Assembly (NCBI GenBank): GCA_012514745.1 | Contig: JAAYZR010000009.1 | Span: 10,045-74,044, forward strand | Origin: Candidatus Undivivens industriae | GTDB taxonomy: Bacteria; Omnitrophota; Gorgyraeia; Gygaellales; Profunditerraquicolaceae | Direction of reading: 5' to 3' | DNA: 64,000 nt | Shown: one piece after another, positions 57,429 through 64,000 of the stretch | How the letters are laid out: the number at the start of each line of letters is the position of its first letter | Position numbering within the stretch: the stretch's first letter is position 1 | Notes under the pieces: generated by a model | Told to the model about the DNA's origin: nothing | What the model saw: only the letters and a program-made list of their open reading frames with translations | Database searches by the model: none | Position numbers and translations under genes: made by a program

Positions 57429-58764
57429 AATGGTGCTGCTGCTAAACGCTCCGTGCGATAACCGTTTTTTTGTCTCCAGGCAGGCGCCCCTGGGGTTATT
57501 GTATATAGCTTCTTATCTTCGTAAGCACGGGGTGGCGGTATCTCTTTTAGACCTGAACGTTATGCCGTTTTGGCGCGGCAGGCTTAATTATCTGGTAAAG
57601 AGATTCAGACCAGCCATAATAGGCGTATCGGTCAACTATTCCAGCCGTAAGGAGGCCGTTGAGATTTGTGGGATTATCAAGGCCGCCGATCCGGGGATAA
57701 CGATAGTGCTGGGCGGCCCTCAGCCTACGATTTCTCCCGGAGAATTTTCCGCCAGCAGAGCGGATTATATAATACCTTACGAAGGGGAAAGAGCGATGCT
57801 GGAATTTGCGCGGGCGGGATCGGACAGGTCGGCGCTTAAGAATGTGTTTTCTTGCAGGGACGCCGGGCTGGCGGATTTAGTGCGGAAGTCTGACAGGTAT
57901 TCCGTCGAAGATCTAAATAACCTGCCTTTTCCGGCGTATGACCTTATCGACATCCGGCCTTATTACATAAACAGTTACAAGAGGAAGCCGATCGTTTCCG
58001 TGCTTACCTCTCGGGGATGCCCGAACAACTGTATTTTTTGCAGCCAGGCCGTTTCCGGGCGTTCCTGGAGGGCGCGTTCCGCCGGTAACGTAGCCGACGA
58101 GTTCGAATGGCTCACAGGGGAGATAGGCGCCGCTGAGATATCGATAGAGGATGACAACTTCACCGCCGATATCGGCAGGGTTTACGAGTTCTGCGGACTG
58201 TTGAGAAAACGGGGGATCAGCGTTCCCTGGCAGCTGGCCAACGGCGTGCGCGCCGACCGTTTAACCAGGGATCTCCTTTGCGAACTCAAGGGATCCGGCT
58301 GCTGGAAGATAGCCATCGCGCCCGAGGTCGGCGACGATGAGAGCATGAAAAGAATACGCAAGGGGATGAACATGGAGCATTTTCGGAAAGCAGCGAGATG
58401 GTGCCGGGAGACCGGCATGGTTTATTACGCTTATTTTCTGATGGGATTCCCTTTTCAGGGGGAAAAAGAACTGCGGGCGATAATAGACTTTGCCGAAGAG
58501 CTGGATCCCCTGCTGATGGATCTGTCCAAGATCGTCCCTTTTCCCGGTACGGAGATATATGATCCGCTTGCTTCAGGCGCCGGAACTGACATCTCCTATT
58601 ACTATAGAGGACGGGATCCGCTTGTAGAGCGTTATTACCGAAAAGCGTATCTTGATTTCTATCTGCGTCCGGGAAAACTGCGCAGGATAATCTCGGCCAT
58701 AGGGTTAAGACAGTTTTATTCGTTGTTACGTTACGCCTGCCGGGTGCTCCTGGCTGGACGTTGA
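57415..58764 (+). CDS. B12-binding domain-containing radical SAM protein, paralog 4.
   Basis: TSRGCPNNCIFCSQ; ~50% identical to paralog 5. Confidence 0.8.
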   Translation: MANGKMVLLLNAPCDNRFFVSRQAPLGLLYIASYLRKHGVAVSLLDLNVMPFWRGRLNYLVKRFRPAIIGVSVNYSSRKEAVEICGIIKAADPGITIVLGGPQPTISPGEFSASRADYIIPYEGERAMLEFARAGSDRSALKNVFSCRDAGLADLVRKSDRYSVEDLNNLPFPAYDLIDIRPYYINSYKRKPIVSVLTSRGCPNNCIFCSQAVSGRSWRARSAGNVADEFEWLTGEIGAAEISIEDDNFTADIGRVYEFCGLLRKRGISVPWQLANGVRADRLTRDLLCELKGSGCWKIAIAPEVGDDESMKRIRKGMNMEHFRKAARWCRETGMVYYAYFLMGFPFQGEKELRAIIDFAEELDPLLMDLSKIVPFPGTEIYDPLASGAGTDISYYYRGRDPLVERYYRKAYLDFYLRPGKLRRIISAIGLRQFYSLLRYACRVLLAGR

Positions 58765-58775
58765 CGGTACCGTAA

Positions 58776-60110
58776 ATGAGAGAAAAAATACTTCTTATAA
58801 ATCCTCCGTCCAGTCGAGAAGATTGCATCTGCGTGTTGCCTCCGTTAGGGGTGCTTTCCTTAGCGGCATTCATGAGGCGGGCCGGCTTTGGAGTCGCGGT
58901 AGCCGATTTCAACATCGATAGGCGTTGGCGCGAAAATCTGCATACTATTATGCGAAGGGAGAGGCCCGATGTCGTAGGGATCTCCAGCAACTTCTCCAAT
59001 AAGGCCCTGGCATTAGAGATCGCCTTGATGATCAAACGGTTCGCTGGGAACATAACCGTGGTGGTAGGTGGGCCGCACCCCACGATCGCTCCGGAGGAGT
59101 ACACAGGCGGTTCCATAGATTATGTTATTCCTTACGAGGCGGAGTTGCCGCTTCTGGATTTTCTTTCTTCCTCTGATAAAAGCTCCGTTCTCGGAGCCGT
59201 CTCTCTGAGGCGGAAGGACGTGAATAAAGCGGTAGCTGGTATCCAGCGCAACTGTGTGGAAGATATGGATAGTCTTCCCTTTCCGGCCTATGACATGGTG
59301 GACCTGCGCGGGTATATAGGGAGCATATACAGGAAAAGACCGTTAGCGTCCATAGTTACTTCCAGGGGGTGTCCGTATAGTTGTATATTCTGCAGTCAGG
59401 GGGTATTCGACCGCCGCTGGCGCGCTTTTTCCGCCGGTTATGTGGCGGAACAGATGCTCTGGATGACGGAATCTCTGGGGATAAGGGAACTCCTCATAGA
59501 GGACGATAATTTTACTTATGACACCGAGCGCGTCTTCAGGATATGCGAGCTTATTCTTTCCAGCGGAAAGAAAATCAATTGGCAGCTTTCAAACGGGGTA
59601 AGGGCCGATAAGCTGAGCAGGGAACTATTGACCCTTATGAAACAAGCCGGGTGCTGGAAGATATCCATTGCCCCGGAGGTCGGAGATGAGGAGAGTCTGA
59701 AGGTCCTGAGTAAAGGCATGACTATGGAGCATTTTATCCGCGCCGCGCAATGGTGCAAAGAGCTCAAGATTGAATTCTTCTGTTTCTTTCTGATGGGATT
59801 CCCTTTTCAGGACCGCGTTAACATGGAGAATACCGTGAATTTCGCCATGCGTCTGGATCCTTTAATGATGGATCTGAACAAGATAGTGCCTTTTCCGGAT
59901 ACTCCGTATTTTTCCAGGTTCCCGGATCGGAGCATATACAAAAAAGCGCACAGTTATCAATACAAAGGCAGTGACCGTGAAGTAGACCGGATGTGCACTA
60001 GGGCATACCTGCGCTTTTATGCTAGACCGGCGAAACTAATGCGTATCTTGCTGGCCATGGGGCCGCTCCAATTCCTGCGTTTCGTCAAATACGCAGGTAA
60101 TGTTCTATGA
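58776..60110 (+). CDS. B12-binding domain-containing radical SAM protein, paralog 5 (tandem duplicate of paralog 4).
   Basis: TSRGCPYSCIFCSQ; shares WQLSNGVRADKLSRELL and GCWKISIAPEVGDEES with paralog 4. Confidence 0.8.
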   Translation: MREKILLINPPSSREDCICVLPPLGVLSLAAFMRRAGFGVAVADFNIDRRWRENLHTIMRRERPDVVGISSNFSNKALALEIALMIKRFAGNITVVVGGPHPTIAPEEYTGGSIDYVIPYEAELPLLDFLSSSDKSSVLGAVSLRRKDVNKAVAGIQRNCVEDMDSLPFPAYDMVDLRGYIGSIYRKRPLASIVTSRGCPYSCIFCSQGVFDRRWRAFSAGYVAEQMLWMTESLGIRELLIEDDNFTYDTERVFRICELILSSGKKINWQLSNGVRADKLSRELLTLMKQAGCWKISIAPEVGDEESLKVLSKGMTMEHFIRAAQWCKELKIEFFCFFLMGFPFQDRVNMENTVNFAMRLDPLMMDLNKIVPFPDTPYFSRFPDRSIYKKAHSYQYKGSDREVDRMCTRAYLRFYARPAKLMRILLAMGPLQFLRFVKYAGNVL

Positions 60111-60141
60111 TTTTGCCTTATGGTGATATGTAGGTGAATAT

Positions 60142-61542
60142 ATGGAAAGGGAACCGATTAAAGAACGGGACCGGATAATGCTCGTACGTTTTTCCCCGCG
60201 GCAGGGAAGGAAACTGACGCATCCTTTGGGGGTGATGCCGCCGTTTACTCTTAAATACGTCCAGGCTATGCTGGAGAAAGAAGGTCCCTTCCGCGTTGAA
60301 TTGGCGGATTGTTCGCTTTATCCTCTTACGCCGGAGGGCCTGGCGTTAAAGGCAGCGTCTTTCGCTCCAGACTGTCTGGTGATACAGGCAGATGTGTTGA
60401 CGTATCGGCCGGCGCGGGAGTTTGCCGAACTGGCGCGCGCGCGGGGGATGGGATCGTTCATTTTGACAGGTCCCGGGATCGATCCTTCCGATGCCGCTGA
60501 GCTCTTTCCGTTATACATATGCGGAGAGGGAGAAGTAAAAATTGCGGAGATCATAAAAGAGTGCTCGCGCGCGCGCGATTTCTCTTCCAAACGTCTGCGT
60601 TCCCGGGCCCGGGAATGCGCGGGCAAGGAATTCCTCGTGGAGGATCCGGACAGCCTGCCGTTCCCGTCTTACAGCCGCCGTGAGATCGAAGGTTACTCGG
60701 GGATATTCCCGCTGCGTTTCAACGGCAGAGCCAGGTATGGTTTTGTGCTCTCCGGCAGGGGGTGTCCCCACGACTGCGGTTTTTGTTCCGGGGCGATCAG
60801 GGTAAGCTGCGGTTCCCGTGTGCGTTTTCGGAGTCCCGGGAACGTGGTGGACGAGATGGCGTCACTTACCGGAGCCGGAGTCAACGTCATTTCTTTCGCC
60901 GACGATGATTTTAGTTGTTCGGAGAGGCATGCGGCCGGGATATGCGAGGAGATACTGCGCAGAAAATTAAACGTGTATTGGACGGCGCAGGCGCGGCTGG
61001 ACGAACTCTCGCGGGAAACCTTGCGTTTGATGAAGCGTTCCGGTTGCATCCTTTTGCGACTGGGAGTGGAATCCGGCTGCGAACGGGTTCTGAAAGGGCT
61101 TAAAAAATGCGCGGATCCGGTTGAGTGGAAGCGGCTGGCCGGACAGGTTTCCGGTTGGCTGGCTCACGAAGGGATCGCCTGCGACGCAATGTTTATGATC
61201 GGCAGCCCGGGAGAGACGGGTGCGGAGATCGAAGAGACGATGAGGCTTTGTTCTTTCATGAAGCCTGATTTCATCCAGGTGCATTATTACGCTCCTTATG
61301 CGGATTCACGGATGTCTGCTGGAGCTGCTGCATCGTGCCGTCCGCCGCATCATTACGCGCTTCCGGAGCGCAGTTTGAGCGCGGTGGATATTCCCGCATT
61401 GAGAAGGCTGAGGGCTTTTTTCTATCTGCGGCTTTGCCTGGATCCTTTTTTCATATTGCGTCATTTGAGCAGGTATGGTTTTTTCTATTTGCGCAATCCC
61501 CGGGTGTTGCTGCGACTGTCAGGGATGCTGTTGAGTTTCTGA
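60142..61542 (+). CDS. B12-binding domain-containing radical SAM protein, paralog 6 (most divergent).
   Basis: SGRGCPHDCGFC. Confidence 0.75.
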   Translation: MEREPIKERDRIMLVRFSPRQGRKLTHPLGVMPPFTLKYVQAMLEKEGPFRVELADCSLYPLTPEGLALKAASFAPDCLVIQADVLTYRPAREFAELARARGMGSFILTGPGIDPSDAAELFPLYICGEGEVKIAEIIKECSRARDFSSKRLRSRARECAGKEFLVEDPDSLPFPSYSRREIEGYSGIFPLRFNGRARYGFVLSGRGCPHDCGFCSGAIRVSCGSRVRFRSPGNVVDEMASLTGAGVNVISFADDDFSCSERHAAGICEEILRRKLNVYWTAQARLDELSRETLRLMKRSGCILLRLGVESGCERVLKGLKKCADPVEWKRLAGQVSGWLAHEGIACDAMFMIGSPGETGAEIEETMRLCSFMKPDFIQVHYYAPYADSRMSAGAAASCRPPHHYALPERSLSAVDIPALRRLRAFFYLRLCLDPFFILRHLSRYGFFYLRNPRVLLRLSGMLLSF

Positions 61543-61563
61543 GAAGTTCTGTGAAGGAGGAAA

Positions 61564-62778
61564 ATGCGCAAGTTTCCCAAAAGAAGCATTTATATCAATG
61601 TTGGAGAACCGGCAAGAATTTTCAAGTTGGCGCTTTCGGGGGAATTGCTACGTGGAGGTGAAATAGAAAGGTTCGAGCGCGCCATAGCTGAATTCACCGG
61701 AGCCGGGTATGCGGCGGCGGCCGGGTCCGGGCGCTGCGCGCTTTCTTTGATCCTCAAGGCTGCGGGATTGCGCGCAGGGGATGAGATAATCGTTTGCGCT
61801 TATAACTATCCCGGTTTGGTGGCGGCACTTCTGAAAGAGAATTACCGGGTCGTCCCGGTGGACGCCGGGCCCGGAGGGTTCCAGATGGACGCGTCCGGGG
61901 TGGAGAGCAGCATAGGGTCTCGCACGCGCGCCGTAATCGCCACCCATTTGTACGGGCAACCCTGCGATATTCGGGGGATTTGCGCCGTCGCGCGCAGGCG
62001 CGGCCTGACGGTTATAGAGGATGCCGCGCATTCTCTGGGAACGATGATCGGTGGCAGGCATGCCGGCACTTTCGGGGATTTCGCTTTCTTGAGTTTCTCG
62101 GGTTCTAAACCGCTTAATACCTCTTGCGGCGGAATGGTCCTGACGAATAGCGAAGAATTATACCGGAAGATAGTTTCCGGGCTTGACGCCTGCGTTTATC
62201 CTGATCCCCTGGACTTGATCCGGATGCGCCTTTTTACTTACGCGTATTCTTTTATCACGGGGAGGGTCTTTTTCGACCTGGCCGGCTATCCGGCGGCCGT
62301 GCTGGCAGGATTGTCCGGTTGGGATCCCTGGGTGAAGTATAACAGTATGCCGCGCGGCGAATTTGCAGATCGGAGGTTAAGGTTCAGCAATATGCAGGCC
62401 TGCGTCGGTCTGGGGTATATGGATCGGCTCAGAGAGATATTGGCCGCGAGGTGCCGCTGCGGCGAGAGGCTGTACCGGCAATTAAGAGGGACGGGCGCGT
62501 CCCCGGACCCCGCGGAGGGATCGAATTATTTTATGATACCGCTGCTGGCAAAGGACAGGAGAAGGCTGTACCGGGGACTGCTGCTGCGGGGGATAGACGC
62601 TAATATCGGGTACGCCTATGACTGTTCGTTCCTGCTGGGCACGAAAAATCCCCGCGCCGCTTTGCTCGAACGAAGCACGCTTCTGCTTAATCTGCCGTTT
62701 GATACGAAGGATAATGAAGTGGATTATCTGGCGGAGCAGTTGAACGCGCTCTCCGGTGAAATGTTGAGGGCCGTGTAG
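61564..62778 (+). CDS. DegT/DnrJ/EryC1/StrS-family PLP-dependent aminotransferase/dehydratase-like protein.
   Basis: AAGSGRCALSL...DEIIVCAYN, DAAHSLG, and the lysine region FLSFSGSKPL. Confidence 0.7.
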   Translation: MRKFPKRSIYINVGEPARIFKLALSGELLRGGEIERFERAIAEFTGAGYAAAAGSGRCALSLILKAAGLRAGDEIIVCAYNYPGLVAALLKENYRVVPVDAGPGGFQMDASGVESSIGSRTRAVIATHLYGQPCDIRGICAVARRRGLTVIEDAAHSLGTMIGGRHAGTFGDFAFLSFSGSKPLNTSCGGMVLTNSEELYRKIVSGLDACVYPDPLDLIRMRLFTYAYSFITGRVFFDLAGYPAAVLAGLSGWDPWVKYNSMPRGEFADRRLRFSNMQACVGLGYMDRLREILAARCRCGERLYRQLRGTGASPDPAEGSNYFMIPLLAKDRRRLYRGLLLRGIDANIGYAYDCSFLLGTKNPRAALLERSTLLLNLPFDTKDNEVDYLAEQLNALSGEMLRAV

Positions 62779-62869
62779 GGCCGCGCGGCTTTTTAGCCTG
62801 AATTACCGCATAAGGCCGGTATTATATACTTCGAAGGCGCAGAAACCGCTGTTTATGGAGAGGTGGAAG

Positions 62870-64000
62870 ATGAAACTTGTGATGCCTACGAACTGGGACG
62901 ACGCGCTGGTCCCCGAATATAAGAAGCTGGGGATAGCCGAATGTTACGGTAAGCTTGCCGTGGACGTCGTGGGAGGCGGCCGGTCGGCGTTCATTCTTCC
63001 GAACGTTTCCCGTGCCCGGGTCGCCGGGCATATCCGCAAGCTGCACGGGGCGGGGATTAAATTTAATTATCTTTTGAACGCTGCCTGCGGTTCTTTCCGG
63101 GAGTTTAGCCGTTCCGGGGATAAGGAGGTGCGGAAACTGCTGGGTTGGCTGGCTGACGCCGGGGTGGATTCCGTTACCGTGACCTCGCCGTATTTTTTGC
63201 AGATGATAAAAAAGAAATACCCGGTTTTTAAAATCTGTGTTTCTACCAATGCCGAGGTCGCCTCCCTGCAAAAAGCGCTTTTCTGGCAGGATTTCGGGGC
63301 GGACCAGATCACGCTTTCGCATAACCTGGCGAATCGCGATTTCGCTCTGATAAGGCTGCTGAAGAAGAAAGTCTCCTGCGAATTGAGGCTGATCGCCAAC
63401 ACCAGCTGCCTGCTGGATTGTCCTCTCTCCAGGTATCATACCGCTTACGACGCCCACAGCTCGCAGGCGGATTCTGCGCGCAGGCCCGGGTTCGCCGTGG
63501 ATTATTGCAATCTTTTCTGCAAGTTTATCCGTCTGAGCGACCCGGTGAGGTTCATCTCTTCCCAGTGGATCAGGCCTGAAGATCTGGCCGTTTATGAATC
63601 CGCCGGTATCGGGACGTTCAAATTGATCGACAGGCGTTGCTCCACGGAGAAACTATTGCTCATCGCGCGGGCTTACGCCGGCCGTAGATACGACGGCAAC
63701 CTGGTGGATCTGCTGCCGATATTTCACGGCAAAACCGTGCTTGATTTCCGCACGCTGCCGTTGAAACTTAGGTATTTTTTTCATCCCCGCGAGCTTAACC
63801 TCTTTTCCCTGGTTGAACTTGGGAGCATACTGCAGGATTTTAGAATTCGCATAGACAACACCAAACTGAACGGCTTCATCGGGAAATTCGTCACTGCCGG
63901 CTGTCCGCCTGAAGGATGCTCCGATTGCGGTTATTGCGCGCGGGTTGCCGGAGAGGCGTTGAGCTACGATAAGGAATACCTGATTTCCCTGCGTGAAAGA
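62870..64000 (+). CDS. Peptidase U32-family protein (UbiU/UbiV/RlhA-type, probable Fe-S dependent O2-independent hydroxylase). Runs off the 3' window edge; not in the ORF track because it is open-ended.
   Basis: Manual translation MKLVMPTNWDD...GIKFNYLLNAAC...ICVSTNAEV...ELRLIANTSCLLDCP parallels U32 landmarks (ELLSPAG, FYVVVN, HLSVQANA, FVHGALCMAYSGRC). The 636-nt minus-strand ORF here is a shadow. Confidence 0.65.
   Translation, partial: MKLVMPTNWDDALVPEYKKLGIAECYGKLAVDVVGGGRSAFILPNVSRARVAGHIRKLHGAGIKFNYLLNAACGSFREFSRSGDKEVRKLLGWLADAGVDSVTVTSPYFLQMIKKKYPVFKICVSTNAEVASLQKALFWQDFGADQITLSHNLANRDFALIRLLKKKVSCELRLIANTSCLLDCPLSRYHTAYDAHSSQADSARRPGFAVDYCNLFCKFIRLSDPVRFISSQWIRPEDLAVYESAGIGTFKLIDRRCSTEKLLLIARAYAGRRYDGNLVDLLPIFHGKTVLDFRTLPLKLRYFFHPRELNLFSLVELGSILQDFRIRIDNTKLNGFIGKFVTAGCPPEGCSDCGYCARVAGEALSYDKEYLISLRER

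Noticed and set aside
62822-63457. 211-aa minus-strand ORF at the window end
   Set aside because: Opposite a long open + strand frame (62870 to end) encoding a U32-family protein with a paralog at 53705. The + frame is the real gene even though it is missing from the ORF track.

Overview
High-GC (roughly 58-60%) bacterial chromosomal segment in which every confidently called gene is on the + strand; the minus-strand ORFs in the track all look like shadows of + strand genes. No rRNA, tRNA or CRISPR array was recognised.

Gene order:
(1) Heme/siroheme precursor operon: hemA 3' end read in-frame into hemC, a cobA-hemD fusion, hemB, hemL. It is followed by a radical-SAM enzyme with an N-terminal Cys4 ribbon and an ECF-type transporter (tandem ATPase plus a fused T/S membrane protein).
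(2) arsC and an MBL hydrolase, then a promoter-led cassette: sulfotransferase, NifS-like desulfurase, APS kinase, NadM-like nucleotidyltransferase, PhnN-like kinase.
(3) GIY-YIG protein and a ZIP transporter.
(4) A 7.2-kb cassette (ferritin-like, EamA, cupin, ArnA-C-like, ArnB-like, two methyltransferases, Asp/Glu racemase) bounded by a perfect 33-bp inverted repeat and decorated with related short repeats and a 42-bp tandem array.
(5) A sharply AT-rich ~7-kb island with a palindromic-operator-controlled small-protein/nucleotidyltransferase pair, a class D beta-lactamase, a DUF6088-Fic module, an orphan 646-aa membrane-anchored protein, an HTH protein and an MTTase-like gene fragment.
(6) miaB, a TPR-SPOR protein, miaA, hflX.
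(7) Heat-shock regulon: hspR-like, clpB with a CIRCE-like element, hrcA, grpE, a 121-bp tandem duplication, dnaK, dnaJ.
(8) fmdB, vanZ, a DUF1015 protein, accD, an orphan sugar-type ABC ATPase, and two GGDEF cyclases (the first leaderless).
(9) The most unusual part, 48.9 kb to the window end: six paralogous B12-binding radical-SAM proteins interleaved with two GT-C (ArnT/PMT-like) membrane glycosyltransferases, a DegT-type aminotransferase, and two U32-family (O2-independent hydroxylase-like) genes, one of them a truncated frameshifted pseudogene. This looks like an undescribed anaerobic lipid/glycan tailoring system.
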